The notes below the pieces were generated by a model that worked only from the letters and a program-made list of their open reading frames with translations, was not told the origin of the DNA and did not search any database. A stretch of 62,216 bases of DNA from Pseudomonadota bacterium. Its GTDB lineage: Bacteria; Pseudomonadota; Alphaproteobacteria; RF32; CAG-239. The DNA lies in contig CAKJXZ020000058.1 of the NCBI GenBank assembly GCA_918234285.1, positions 1 through 62,216 on the forward strand, written 5' to 3'. The translations under genes and the position numbers were made by a program. Positions 1 to 10,805 of the stretch are shown here, one piece after another. How positions within the stretch are numbered: the stretch's first letter is position 1; every line of letters begins with the position of its first letter.

Positions 1-2057
1 ATATCAATTACCTTGTCGATATTTTCAAGTCCGATGAGTTTATCATAAGGCCCCGGCGGCACGCGGCTGCCGTTCATCTCTTTATCAATTGCCTTGAACA
101 GCGTTTCCAAAATCAGCGATGACTTACCGCTGCCGGAAATTCCGGTAACGCAAGTGAAAGTGCCGAGCGGAATCTTCAAATCGACATTTTTTAAATTGTT
201 GGTGCGGGCACCTTTAAGTTCCAAAAACTTGCCGTTACCTTTGCGCCGTTTGAGCGGCAGAGCAATCGATTTTTCACCGTTCAGATATTTAGCAGTCAAA
301 CTTTTCGGATTATGCAAAACTTCTTCCACCGTGCCGCAAGCCGTAACTTCTCCGCCGAAAGTGCCGGCCAAAGGCCCCATATCCACCAGATAATCGGCGG
401 CACGCATGGCATCTTCGTCATGTTCGACCACAATCACGGTATTACCGATATCACGCAAACGGCGCAGACTATCAAGGAGTTTATCGTTATCGCGCTGGTG
501 CAAACCGATTGACGGCTCATCCAAAACATACATTACACCGGTTAAGCCGGTACCGATTTGCGAAGCCAGACGAATCCGTTGCGCCTCGCCGCCGGAAAGC
601 GTTCCCGACTGCCGCGACAAAGTTAAATAATCCAGTCCGACATTATTCAAAAAGCTCAGACGTTCACGGATTTCTTTTAATATTTTGCGGGCAATTTCGC
701 GCTTTTGCGGCGTTAATTGTTCTTCCACCCCGTTGAACCACGCCAGGGCCTGTTTTACCGACATATCACTGGCATCCATAATATCAAGTCCGGCAACTTT
801 GACCGCCAAAGCCTCTTGTTTGAGGCGTTTACCGTGACAAACTTCACACGGTGCCGCCGACTGATAATGCGCAAGTTCTTCCCGTACCGCCGCCGAATCG
901 GTTTCAACAAAGCGCCGTTCCAAATTCGGAATCACGCCTTCAAACGGTTTGTCCGATACCCACTTGGAAAAAACCATCGGCACACAACGATTGCCCGAAC
1001 CGTAGAGAATCGTTTCCTGCGCATAGGCCGGCAAATCTTTCCACGGCGTTTTGTTGGAAATATCCAAATATTCACACAAAGAATTTAAGGTTTGACGATA
1101 AAAAATCGAATGGCTGCTGACCGACCACGGGGCAATCGCACCACCGGCCAGGCTCAGATTCTCGTTCGGAACCACCAATTCCGGATCCATATACAAACTG
1201 GCGCCCAAACCACCGCAATGCGGACAAGCGCCCTGCGGATTGTTAAACGAAAACAACCGCGGTTCGATTTCTTCAATGGTAAATCCCGACACCGGACAAG
1301 CAAATTTGGAAGAAAATGTAGTGCGCGATTTATCGCCGATGTTCTCAACATACAAAAGTCCGTCACTCAATTTCAGCGCAGTTTCCACCGATTGTGCCAC
1401 ACGGGTTTGAATTCCCTCTTTTATCACAATACGGTCGACCACCACTTCAATATTGTGTTTGATGTTTTTATTCAAATTCGGCAGTTCTTCAATGTTATAA
1501 ATTTCGCCGTCAATATCCAAACGCTGAAAACCTTTTTTTTGCAACTCGGCAAATTCTTTTTTAAATTCGCCTTTTTTTCCGCGCGCGATAGGTGACAGTA
1601 AAATCAACTTTGTGCCTTGCGGATATTCCAGAATTTTATCAACCATTTGCGTGGTGGATTGCGCCTCAATCGGCAAACCGGTGGCCGGCGAATACGGAGT
1701 TCCGGCACGCGCCCACAGCAAACGCATATAATCATAGATTTCGGTAATGGTGCCGACGGTAGAACGCGGATTGTGAGAAACGGTTTTTTGTTCAATGGAA
1801 ATAGCCGGCGATAAACCCTCTATCGAATCGACATCAGGCTTGTTCATCAAATCGAGAAACTGACGGGCATAGACCGACAAACTTTCCACATAGCGCCGCT
1901 GTCCTTCGGCATAAATCGTATCAAATGCCAATGACGATTTGCCCGAACCGGATAAGCCGGTAATTACCGTCAGCTTATTTTTCGGAATGTTGACGTTCAC
2001 ATTTTTAAGATTGTGCTGTCGTGCGCCTTTAATTTCGATATATTTACTTTCTGCCAT
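1..2057 (-). CDS. uvrA: Excinuclease ABC subunit A (5' part; runs off the left edge, so absent from the ORF track)
   Basis: Minus-strand translation from ATG at 2057: [61 protein letters not shown]; second Walker A region ([12 protein letters not shown]) near 115-150. Confidence 0.97.
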   Translation of the reverse strand, partial: MAESKYIEIKGARQHNLKNVNVNIPKNKLTVITGLSGSGKSSLAFDTIYAEGQRRYVESLSVYARQFLDLMNKPDVDSIEGLSPAISIEQKTVSHNPRSTVGTITEIYDYMRLLWARAGTPYSPATGLPIEAQSTTQMVDKILEYPQGTKLILLSPIARGKKGEFKKEFAELQKKGFQRLDIDGEIYNIEELPNLNKNIKHNIEVVVDRIVIKEGIQTRVAQSVETALKLSDGLLYVENIGDKSRTTFSSKFACPVSGFTIEEIEPRLFSFNNPQGACPHCGGLGASLYMDPELVVPNENLSLAGGAIAPWSVSSHSIFYRQTLNSLCEYLDISNKTPWKDLPAYAQETILYGSGNRCVPMVFSKWVSDKPFEGVIPNLERRFVETDSAAVREELAHYQSAAPCEVCHGKRLKQEALAVKVAGLDIMDASDMSVKQALAWFNGVEEQLTPQKREIARKILKEIRERLSFLNNVGLDYLTLSRQSGTLSGGEAQRIRLASQIGTGLTGVMYVLDEPSIGLHQRDNDKLLDSLRRLRDIGNTVIVVEHDEDAMRAADYLVDMGPLAGTFGGEVTACGTVEEVLHNPKSLTAKYLNGEKSIALPLKRRKGNGKFLELKGARTNNLKNVDLKIPLGTFTCVTGISGSGKSSLILETLFKAIDKEMNGSRVPPGPYDKLIGLENIDKVID

Positions 2058-2130
2058 TTTTTTCTCCGTTGTATCCGATATATACCAATCAACAGCATTT
2101 CGCAACTGTTTAATCGTTATAAAACGACTT

Positions 2131-3258
2131 TTATTTATGCATTTCGGATTTAAAAAAGTCTATCAGTTCATTGGCGGCAGTAAATACACCATACAAACGT
2201 TCTGCTTCTTTTTGGGCATCAGGGCGGCTAAACAGACCATACGTGCGATAAAAATCGAGACCGGCGGTGACTGCCAACATTACGTTATCTTTCCAAAAAG
2301 CGCACTTTAACTTTTTGGTACCGAAAACGGTTTCAATCCGGTTAAGTTTATCCATCAGCACCGGATTGATAACGGTGCGCGCTTCAATCTGATGCTCCGC
2401 TTTGAGCGTGGGATCGGTATCGACATCTTCGGTATACACCTTGTAATGCTCCGAAAAACCGATATCTTCCAGTTTGACCTGCTCCAACCGTTTGCGATAC
2501 GCCAAAGTGTTATATACACGGCAACATATGCCGATGATTGTCGGAATTATAATAAATAAAACCAGACTAAAGATAAGCATTCCGGCATCGCGCCGATTAT
2601 GCCAATCGGTTTTTTGTACCAAATCCCAAAATCCGTATACAATATAAGCCAACAACAAAACCGACGGTACGCTGAACATACTCAAAAACCACGAATTATG
2701 AATATTATAGTCATATTTGCTCGAAACAATGGTGTGACGATCGAAAAACTTAGGTATCTTAAAATAAAAACAAACACCGCTGAAGGCAAACCGGTTGGCA
2801 AAATCGCCCTGAACAGATACATTTTCCAACAGCAAATTGCCCATCACGTATTTTACATCTTGGTGAATTCCCCCGATAATATCCGAGGAAGAAGCATCCG
2901 CAAATGTTGAAAATAAGTTGGATTCATGAAGCAATTTTTCATCAAACTCGGCTTTATAAACGCTAAGCAACGGGAGCAGGTGCGATATGGTGGTTTTGTA
3001 AGCAGCACGCAATTTTTTTTTGAACTCAAAATTGAGGGCAAACGGATAGACCAACGGTGCCGCCCAAACAAATAAAAACAATATATCAATTGTGGCGTTG
3101 CTATTATCGTGCCAAATATATGCAAAAAGCGACGAAACCAAAATAATGAGTGCAGATTCGATTATCAGGAATTTATTTTGATATTTGCGATGAAGCGTTA
3201 CATATTCATCTTGGATAATCTGCCGAAATTTTTCGATTATTTCTTCTTTTTTTGCCAT
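2131..3258 (-). CDS. DUF3137-like membrane protein
   Basis: 375 aa with two TM pairs and [15 protein letters not shown]...[15 protein letters not shown] motif resembling DUF3137; start overlaps the tyrS stop. Confidence 0.6.
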   Translation of the reverse strand: MAKKEEIIEKFRQIIQDEYVTLHRKYQNKFLIIESALIILVSSLFAYIWHDNSNATIDILFLFVWAAPLVYPFALNFEFKKKLRAAYKTTISHLLPLLSVYKAEFDEKLLHESNLFSTFADASSSDIIGGIHQDVKYVMGNLLLENVSVQGDFANRFAFSGVCFYFKIPKFFDRHTIVSSKYDYNIHNSWFLSMFSVPSVLLLAYIVYGFWDLVQKTDWHNRRDAGMLIFSLVLFIIIPTIIGICCRVYNTLAYRKRLEQVKLEDIGFSEHYKVYTEDVDTDPTLKAEHQIEARTVINPVLMDKLNRIETVFGTKKLKCAFWKDNVMLAVTAGLDFYRTYGLFSRPDAQKEAERLYGVFTAANELIDFFKSEMHK

Positions 3259-4508
3259 TATTTAATCAGTCCGAACTTCTTCTTGCCTTGGGCAATCTTA
3301 ACCGCACCGTCGACCTTATCGGCCGCCGTAATCACATAATTTTCGTCGGTGACCGGTTTGCCGTTGATTTTTAATCCGGCTTGTTTTATCAGACGACGAG
3401 CCTCACCCTTGCTCTCCACAAAACCGATTTGCAAAAAGGCATCCAAAACCCCGATACCGGCATTTAAGTCAGCATTAAGCGTCGGCAGATCATCGCCGAC
3501 CGTACCTTGTTCAAAGGTTTTGACAGCCGTTTCTTGCGCCGACTTGGCTTCTGCTTCGCCGCGGCAGATTTTGGTTGCTTCAAAGGCCAGAATTTTCTTG
3601 GCTTCGTTGATTTCCTTATCCTGTAATTTTTCCAAACGATAAACTTCATCCATCGGCAAATCGGTGTATATTCTCAAGCATTTTCCGACTTCGGCATCGC
3701 CGATGTTGCGGAAGTATTGATAATAGTCATACGACGGCAGTTTATCTTCATTAATCCATACGGCATTGCCCTCGGATTTGCCCATTTTTTTGCCGGACGA
3801 ATCGGTAATTATCGGGCTGGTAAAGCCGAACAATTCGGTATCGTAACGGCGGCGACCGAGTTCGGTTCCGGAGGTTATATTACCCCATTGGTCGGCACCG
3901 GCAATTTGCGCGCGACAATTATATTTTTGCAACAAAACGCAGAAGTCGTAACCTTGCAACAGCATATAGTTAAATTCCAAAAACGACATCGGCTGTTCGC
4001 GTTCCAAACGGCTCTTCACGCTATCCATGGTCAGCATGCGATTAACCGAATAGCAGGTGCCGATATCGCGCAAAAATTCAAGATATTTAATATCCTTAAA
4101 CCATTCCCAGTTATCAACCATCAACGCATCGGTCGGGCCGTCGCCGAACTTCAAAAACTTGGAAAATGATTTCTTCAACCCTTGAGCATTGTGCGCCAGA
4201 GTAGCTTCATCCAAAAACGGGCGCAACTTATCTTTGCCCGACGGATCGCCGATACGCGCGGTTGCTCCGCCCACCAAAGTCAGAGGCTTATGCCCGCATT
4301 TTTGAAACCAACGCAACATCATAAGCGGCACAATATGCCCCACGTGCAAGCTGTCGCCGGTCGGATCGGAACCTAAATATCCCACTGCCGGTTTGCCTGT
4401 TTTTTCGCACTCATAAAGGTAGTTATCAAACCCCTCCTCATTGGTGCATTGATTGTAAAAACCGCGCTCCTGCATAATATTCAAAAATTCCGATTTAAAT
4501 TTTGTCAT
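3258..4508 (-). CDS. tyrS: Tyrosine--tRNA ligase
   Basis: DPTGDSLHVGH (HIGH), GADQWGNI, KMGKS (KMSKS), C-terminal S4-like domain. Confidence 0.98.
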   Translation of the reverse strand: MTKFKSEFLNIMQERGFYNQCTNEEGFDNYLYECEKTGKPAVGYLGSDPTGDSLHVGHIVPLMMLRWFQKCGHKPLTLVGGATARIGDPSGKDKLRPFLDEATLAHNAQGLKKSFSKFLKFGDGPTDALMVDNWEWFKDIKYLEFLRDIGTCYSVNRMLTMDSVKSRLEREQPMSFLEFNYMLLQGYDFCVLLQKYNCRAQIAGADQWGNITSGTELGRRRYDTELFGFTSPIITDSSGKKMGKSEGNAVWINEDKLPSYDYYQYFRNIGDAEVGKCLRIYTDLPMDEVYRLEKLQDKEINEAKKILAFEATKICRGEAEAKSAQETAVKTFEQGTVGDDLPTLNADLNAGIGVLDAFLQIGFVESKGEARRLIKQAGLKINGKPVTDENYVITAADKVDGAVKIAQGKKKFGLIK

Positions 4509-4595
4509 GGGTTATCCTCTGTCCTTTCGTATTTATACCAATTTTTAACGTATACTAGCATAATATTTTGCCAATGCAACAGGATTTAATTTTTA

Positions 4596-5699
4596 ATGAT
4601 AATAAAAAGTTTAAACGCCCTCGGTGTTTACGGCAATGCATCGCTCAACTCGGTTGATTTGGCTCTTATCACAACCGATGGTGTGGATATACAGCAATTT
4701 ATTAAGACCGCGACTATTCATTATCCGGATGATTTATGTCTCGGAATCCGCGCACTTGTCGCCCGTCGGGGTTGGAGTTACGACGAATTGCGGCAAAATC
4801 CGGAAGTACGTCTGATGCGCGAAAAAATCAGCCGTTTTTATGTGGAATGCATCAAAGAATTTGCCGCAAACGAAAAAGTCGATTGCTATGGCATTGACGG
4901 TTTGACCGTATTCAGCAATCCGGCGGAAAAATGTTCGTATCAGTTAGAAAACGGCAGTATGTTGGCAAATGCCTTAGAACATGGTGTAGTCACCCACTTT
5001 CATCGCGCCGATTTACTCTCCGGCGGACAGGCCTCGCCGCTGTATCCGGCTTTTATAAGCTGTTTGGGACAAGCGGTTGAAAAACCGGCATTGTTTATCA
5101 CGGTAGATGCGGTTGCCAGCCTGGTCTATCTCGGACAATCCGGCGAACTGACGGCTTTTGACTGTGCCCCGGCAACGGCGATGATTGAAGATTGGACTTT
5201 CCGCCATGCCAATATGCAAACCGATTATAACGGCAAATTAGCAATTACGGGCAAAGCCGACACGCAAATTGTAGAATCGCTGCTACGGCACAAACTGCTG
5301 AAAAAGATGCCGCCGAAAGCTTTGGATATCATGTGTTTTGCCGATAAGAGGGAACATCTGGAAGGATTATCGCTTGAAGACGGTGCGGCCACCGCCACTA
5401 TGTTTATTGCCGAGGCAATTTATCAGGCCGCTTTTGATTTTCTGCCGCGAATTCCTTCCAATCTGTATATTTGCGGCGAGGGTTGCAAAAATCCGACCTT
5501 GTTGCGTTTTATCAAACAGAATTTTGCGCCGCGACAAGTTCATCTCATCAGTGAACTTAACGAAAATATAACCGCGGCAGGTGCGCAATCAACGGCATTT
5601 AACGCGGTGCGCCGTTTATACGGTCTGCCTTTAACTTACCCGACAACAACCGGCACTTATGAGCCGATGAGCGGAGGAAAAATTTATGAAAAAATCTGA
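4596..5699 (+). CDS. anmK: Anhydro-N-acetylmuramic acid kinase-like protein with degenerate motifs
   Basis: Divergent from tyrS as in other Alphaproteobacteria; GGQASPL, AFDCAP, DGAATAT, LPLTYPTTTG motifs align to AnmK but the phosphate-loop motifs are altered. Confidence 0.8.
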   Translation: MIIKSLNALGVYGNASLNSVDLALITTDGVDIQQFIKTATIHYPDDLCLGIRALVARRGWSYDELRQNPEVRLMREKISRFYVECIKEFAANEKVDCYGIDGLTVFSNPAEKCSYQLENGSMLANALEHGVVTHFHRADLLSGGQASPLYPAFISCLGQAVEKPALFITVDAVASLVYLGQSGELTAFDCAPATAMIEDWTFRHANMQTDYNGKLAITGKADTQIVESLLRHKLLKKMPPKALDIMCFADKREHLEGLSLEDGAATATMFIAEAIYQAAFDFLPRIPSNLYICGEGCKNPTLLRFIKQNFAPRQVHLISELNENITAAGAQSTAFNAVRRLYGLPLTYPTTTGTYEPMSGGKIYEKI

Positions 5700-6423
5700 A
5701 AAAATAACTCTGAATGTGCAGAATTTGTGCAAAAATTACGGTGAAATTCAAGCTTCAAATAACTTGAATTTCAAAACCGAAATCGGCGAAGTGGTTGCAT
5801 TGCTCGGGCCTAACGGTGCCGGTAAATCGACTTTGATGAATATGATTGCCGGCTATTTGGCTCCGACTTCCGGCAAAATCAAGGTTTTGGGTAAAGATAT
5901 CGCGCAATACCCGATTTTTGCCAAAGAAAATATCGGTTTTTTGCCGGAAGGTGCCCCGCTTTATGCCGACCTTACCGTTAAACGCTTTTTGTTGTATATG
6001 GCACAGTTACGCGGTTTAGGCAAAGAAGCCGTGCAAAAGGCGGCCGATATTGCCAATGTCACCGATGTTTTTACGCAAAAAGTAGAAACTCTTTCCAAAG
6101 GGTACCAACGCCGTGTAGGGTTTGCCCAGAGTATTCTGAGCGACCCGCCGATTTTGCTCCTTGATGAGCCTACCGACGGTCTTGACCCTAACCAAAAAGA
6201 TTATATCCGTGCCCTGATTAAAAAGATGGCAAAAGATAAGACGATTATTATTTCCACCCATCTGCTGGACGAGGCCGAATCGATATGTAATCGCATTATT
6301 CTGCTGGATAAAGGATGCATTAAAGCCGACGGTACTGCGGCAGATTTGTTAAAGCAGACCAAAACCCGTAGCATTGCCGCAGCTTTCCGCAAATTAACAC
6401 AAAAGGAGAATCCTGATGAATAA
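5686..6423 (+). CDS. ABC transporter ATP-binding protein (GldA-like)
   Basis: GPNGAGKST Walker A, LSKGYQRR signature, LLLDEPTDGLDP Walker B, STH. Confidence 0.93.
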   Translation: MKKSEKITLNVQNLCKNYGEIQASNNLNFKTEIGEVVALLGPNGAGKSTLMNMIAGYLAPTSGKIKVLGKDIAQYPIFAKENIGFLPEGAPLYADLTVKRFLLYMAQLRGLGKEAVQKAADIANVTDVFTQKVETLSKGYQRRVGFAQSILSDPPILLLDEPTDGLDPNQKDYIRALIKKMAKDKTIIISTHLLDEAESICNRIILLDKGCIKADGTAADLLKQTKTRSIAAAFRKLTQKENPDE

Positions 6424-9400
6424 AGTTTTGACCGTTATTAAGAACGAGCTTATTCGCTATTTTGTGTCGCCGCTCGCTTATGTTTATTTGTTTTGCTTTG
6501 TGATTCTCAATGCTTCTTTTGCCACTTATTTCGGTAACTTTTTCAATCGCGGACAGGCTGATTTGTTGGCAATGTTTGCTTTTCAGCCTTGGTTATATTT
6601 GTTATTTATTCCGGGAATTTCGATGCGCTTGTGGGCCGAAGAATTTCATTCCAAAACCATCGTACAGATTGCCACCATGCCGATTTCCATTACGGCGCTG
6701 GTGCTCGGAAAATTCTTTGCCGCATGGATATTCAGCGGTATTGCTCTGCTACTGACTTTTCCGTTTTGGATTACCATAAACGCTCTCGGTACTCCGGATA
6801 ATTTTGTGATATTTATGGGTTATTGTGCCAGTTTTGTATTGGCGGGCTGTATGCTCTCGATTTCGCAGATTATGTCGGCACTGACCAAAAATCAGATTAT
6901 TGCTTTGGTGCTGGCGGTAATTGCCAATTTATTGTTTTTCTGGAGCGGTATTGAATACGTGCTGTCATTTTTCCGACCGTTTTTACCGGATGCGATTATC
7001 GACGTTATAGCTTCATTCAGCTTTATTACGCATTTTAATACCATAACACACGGCTTACTCTCCTTGAGCGATGTCATTTTCTTATTATCGCTGATAATTT
7101 TCGGTAATTACACGACTATCTTGATTATCAATTTCAAAACAGCCGGAACTTCCGGATGGTTAAAATCGGGTAGCAAAAGTTATACCATAGTCGCATGGAT
7201 ATTATTGTTAATCGGCTTTTTCGGTATCAATATCATCTCCGACAATTTGGCGGTTAATCTGCAATATGACGGCACTGCCGAGAAAAATTTCACGCTGACG
7301 CAAAATACTGCAAATATACTCAAAAATCTCAAGGAACCGGTTACGGCAAGATTGTATTTTTCACCGGTTTTAGGACAGCGTAATTCCGAATTGCGCGAAC
7401 AGTTCGATAATATACGTATTCTGTTGCATAAATATAAAAATGTATCCGGCGGTAATTTTGATTATAAAGTTTATTATCCGGAATTCTTGAGTAAAGAAGA
7501 AGATTTGGCTATCGCAGACGGTGTACAATCCATCCCGCTGATTGATATAAATCAAACGGCCCTGTTTGGTATGACGGTTGAAGACAGTTTGCAAAATAAA
7601 GCGGTTATTCCGTTTTTTGCCACCAGCCAATTCGGGCGTCTGGAACAAGATATAACTTCCAAAATTCATCAATTGTCAAAAGACAAGAAAAAAATCGGCG
7701 TTTTAAGCAGCATTCCGGTTTTCGGGCGCGATTTGGAAAAAGAAGGCGCTATTTATGATGATACCTGGGAAATAATCAAAATGATGGACGAAGATTATCA
7801 TGTTCACCGCATTATGTCTTCCGACGATTTCGATAAATATCAGTTTGATGCAGTAATCATTATCTATCCTAAATCTTTAACCGACGATACCTTAAATAAG
7901 GTCAAAGATTATGCCCGAAACGGCGGCAAAATAGTGCTGATTTTGGACCCGGCCAACGAAGCTTCGCGACTGTATGCTCCGGTGCAAGGGAAATTGGAGC
8001 CGTCGGATTCCGAATTTTTTGAAAACCTTTGGAACTTCAAATTTTATAAAGATTACGTGGTGGCGGATTTGGAAAATTCCATCACGGTCGATGCTACCAC
8101 CGACTATACCAAAAATCCGGTGTTTTCACAAGACGTAATTCAGTTCCGTCTGCACTCAGATGCAATGAATCCGAAACATCCGATTACTTACAATCTCCAG
8201 GAGATAATGATGGCCTCGGCTACGGCCATTATGCCTGATTTACAGAAATATCGCGAAAACAAAATAGCTTTTTATCCGCTGCTGAAAGCCGGAGACATTT
8301 CGGCTATGATTCCGGCCAGCAACGTTATTGACGGACTCAATCCGCAAGATGTTCTCGAAAATTTCCGGCCGGATGAAGGCAATAAATTTATGGCTGCCGA
8401 AATTATAGGCTTAGAACCGGAAAATCCGTATGATGTAGTTGTATTTGCCGATACCGACTTCCTGTACGATCGCTTTTGGATGGATAAAGTATATTTACTC
8501 GACAGCGAATACGTAACGGCGATTTTTGATAATGCCAACCTTTTGTTCAATACTATTGATTATCTGGTCAATGACTACTCGCTCCTCGGTTTGCGCGGAA
8601 AGCGGGTTTGGGAACGACGCTTTGACGATATCGAACTTATGCGGCGCCTGAATTCTTTGCAATACAAGCAAAAAGAAAGGGAAATTTTCGAAAAAATCGA
8701 AGATGCCAAGCGTTCTTTGCAGGAAGTTTGGGGTAAAAAAGCGTTTGAAGGACGCGAAAGCTTTACTGCCGATGAAATGGCCGCGTTGTCGCAAATCCGA
8801 AACCGATTGACCGAATACAAAAAACAATTAAGTGAGGTACGCGGTCAGGCTTATAATGATATCAGTACCGTGGCGGCAAAAATCAATTTTCTCAATATTT
8901 GGGTATTACCGATATGTTTCGGTGTTATTTTACTGTTGATTTTGTTTATTCGCTTTATTCGGCGCAAAAAATCTTTTGCTCTCGGTTTGCACATCAACCG
9001 CAGATTATGTTTATTGGCCGCCGTTTGTGCGCTCATTTTCCTTGGCGCGATGATCTCGATATATGCAGTTAATCGCAGCAATATAGATTCATATGAAAAT
9101 AAACCTGTCTTTCCGCAACTTATGAATCAGCTCAACAGTATTGATAATATTGTTTTGAAAACCAACAAAACCGAGCTTAATTTCAAACTTAAAGACGGAG
9201 TTTGGGTGCTTGAAAGTATGCCGTATTTGCCGGTATATCAGGAACGTATCCGCCGATTTTTGACCACTGTTGCCGACGCACGCTATTTTGCTCGTAAAAG
9301 TGATAAAGCCGAAAATCTGGCGATGTTTAATTTGTTGCCGATTGAAGATGAAAAATCCGAGGCTATTTCCGTTGATTTGAACAGCGCTGGTAAAGCCGTA

Positions 9401-9889
9401 CAGCATTTCTTGCTGGGAGATACCGATGTTGATATCGGCCGCAGTTCTAAAGCTGCTTATATGCGTTTTGACGACCAATTCCAGGTTTGGGAAATCAGTG
9501 CCGATTTCGTCGACATGGATTTGGATTGGCATAAGTGGACCTATTCCAATATTTGGGATTTGCGCTATGGCAGACCGTATGACCGTCATCAAAATCCGAA
9601 AGACGAAATGTATCTTACCAACCTGGTTAAAGTTTTGTTGAATGTACCTTTTGAAGAAGTTATCGATAAGCCGGCCGGTGAGCCGCAGAAAATCTTAAAG
9701 CTCGATATTGAAGGCGGCAACTACGTTGATATTGCTTTCTATAAAACCGCAGATAAAGCTTATATTACCTACAGTCAGGATAAAAATAATCCTAACAAGC
9801 ATTTAAAATTGTTGCAACAATTCTTAGGTAATAAAGCGGCGGTTATTGATACACAAAAAATGGAGATGCTTCTTGAAATTATTAAGTAA
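6416..9889 (+). CDS. Fused ABC-2 permease (GldF-like) + GldG-like + DUF4340-like protein
   Basis: N-terminal YFVSPLAY...IPGISMRLWAEE permease; central DGTAEKNFTLTQNT...EQDIT...DNANLLFNTIDYL GldG-like region; C-terminal soluble domain after two TM helices. Confidence 0.8.
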   Translation: MNKVLTVIKNELIRYFVSPLAYVYLFCFVILNASFATYFGNFFNRGQADLLAMFAFQPWLYLLFIPGISMRLWAEEFHSKTIVQIATMPISITALVLGKFFAAWIFSGIALLLTFPFWITINALGTPDNFVIFMGYCASFVLAGCMLSISQIMSALTKNQIIALVLAVIANLLFFWSGIEYVLSFFRPFLPDAIIDVIASFSFITHFNTITHGLLSLSDVIFLLSLIIFGNYTTILIINFKTAGTSGWLKSGSKSYTIVAWILLLIGFFGINIISDNLAVNLQYDGTAEKNFTLTQNTANILKNLKEPVTARLYFSPVLGQRNSELREQFDNIRILLHKYKNVSGGNFDYKVYYPEFLSKEEDLAIADGVQSIPLIDINQTALFGMTVEDSLQNKAVIPFFATSQFGRLEQDITSKIHQLSKDKKKIGVLSSIPVFGRDLEKEGAIYDDTWEIIKMMDEDYHVHRIMSSDDFDKYQFDAVIIIYPKSLTDDTLNKVKDYARNGGKIVLILDPANEASRLYAPVQGKLEPSDSEFFENLWNFKFYKDYVVADLENSITVDATTDYTKNPVFSQDVIQFRLHSDAMNPKHPITYNLQEIMMASATAIMPDLQKYRENKIAFYPLLKAGDISAMIPASNVIDGLNPQDVLENFRPDEGNKFMAAEIIGLEPENPYDVVVFADTDFLYDRFWMDKVYLLDSEYVTAIFDNANLLFNTIDYLVNDYSLLGLRGKRVWERRFDDIELMRRLNSLQYKQKEREIFEKIEDAKRSLQEVWGKKAFEGRESFTADEMAALSQIRNRLTEYKKQLSEVRGQAYNDISTVAAKINFLNIWVLPICFGVILLLILFIRFIRRKKSFALGLHINRRLCLLAAVCALIFLGAMISIYAVNRSNIDSYENKPVFPQLMNQLNSIDNIVLKTNKTELNFKLKDGVWVLESMPYLPVYQERIRRFLTTVADARYFARKSDKAENLAMFNLLPIEDEKSEAISVDLNSAGKAVQHFLLGDTDVDIGRSSKAAYMRFDDQFQVWEISADFVDMDLDWHKWTYSNIWDLRYGRPYDRHQNPKDEMYLTNLVKVLLNVPFEEVIDKPAGEPQKILKLDIEGGNYVDIAFYKTADKAYITYSQDKNNPNKHLKLLQQFLGNKAAVIDTQKMEMLLEIIK

Positions 9890-10805
9890 AAAATTAAGCG
9901 AATCGCAATATAAATTTGTGGCAACGAGCGCCAGTATCACTACTGCCTGCCTATTGACAATAATTAAGGCAAGTGCCGCATTTATGACCGGTTCGTTGGC
10001 AATATTGTCCTCAACTGCAGACAGTTTGGCCGATGTATTGTCTTCCGTCATAACTTTTATTGCCGTAACTTATTCCGACAAACCACTGACCTGTGACCAT
10101 CGTTACGGCTATGGCAAGGCCGAGGCGGTGAGTGCTCTCATTCAAGCCGCCTTTATCAGCGGTTCGGCATGTTTTATTTTGTATGACGCGGTGTATCGTT
10201 TCTTTCACCCGGTTATTTTGGAGAGAACTTTTTCCGGTATTTGTGTCATGCTCATCAGTATGTTACTGACCTTGGCGCTGATTGTTTTGCAAAAATACGT
10301 TATTCGCCGCGTACAATCGCAAGCCATTGAAGCCGACCACTCGCATTATGTTATTGACTTAGCGGCAAATACCACCGTTTTACTTTCTTTGGCGGTTGTT
10401 CATTGGTTAAAGTGGGAATGGTTTGACATTTTGGCGGCAGTCTTGGTTTCGTGTTACTTACTTTTTACCGCATGGAAAATTGCCGAAAAAGCATTGGCAG
10501 AGATAACAGATAAAGAGGTTGATGCCAAAATCAAAGCCGATATCGTTCGCGAAATTATGAAAACCGAAGGAGTTTTGGGTTATCATGATTTGCGCTCGCG
10601 CTTTTCCGGCCCGCGGCTTTTTTTGGAAGTTCATCTGGAATTTGCGGGGGATTTACCTCTATCGACAACTCACGAAATTGCCGAAAGTGCCGAACAAAAA
10701 ATTATCGCTATTTATCCGAATGCTCAGATAATTATTCATCAGGACCCTTATGGTATTGAAGAAAAACGCATAGACAACGACATCAGCGGTCCGTGCGCAT
10801 TATGA
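9873..10805 (+). CDS. fieF: Cation diffusion facilitator transporter (FieF-like)
   Basis: GSLAILSSTADSLAD, HRYGYGKAE, ADHSHY, HLE, IHQDP; probable TTG start at 9873 after GGAG (ORF track start 9846). Confidence 0.85.
   Translation: MKLLSKKLSESQYKFVATSASITTACLLTIIKASAAFMTGSLAILSSTADSLADVLSSVITFIAVTYSDKPLTCDHRYGYGKAEAVSALIQAAFISGSACFILYDAVYRFFHPVILERTFSGICVMLISMLLTLALIVLQKYVIRRVQSQAIEADHSHYVIDLAANTTVLLSLAVVHWLKWEWFDILAAVLVSCYLLFTAWKIAEKALAEITDKEVDAKIKADIVREIMKTEGVLGYHDLRSRFSGPRLFLEVHLEFAGDLPLSTTHEIAESAEQKIIAIYPNAQIIIHQDPYGIEEKRIDNDISGPCAL

Noticed and set aside
2091-2110. AACAG-N10-CTGTT palindrome upstream of uvrA as a LexA box
   Set aside because: It is the inverse of the CTG-N10-CAG box and does not match the alphaproteobacterial GTTC-N7-GTTC motif
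94-2310. Many plus-strand ORFs
   Set aside because: Antisense shadows of uvrA and the DUF3137-like gene
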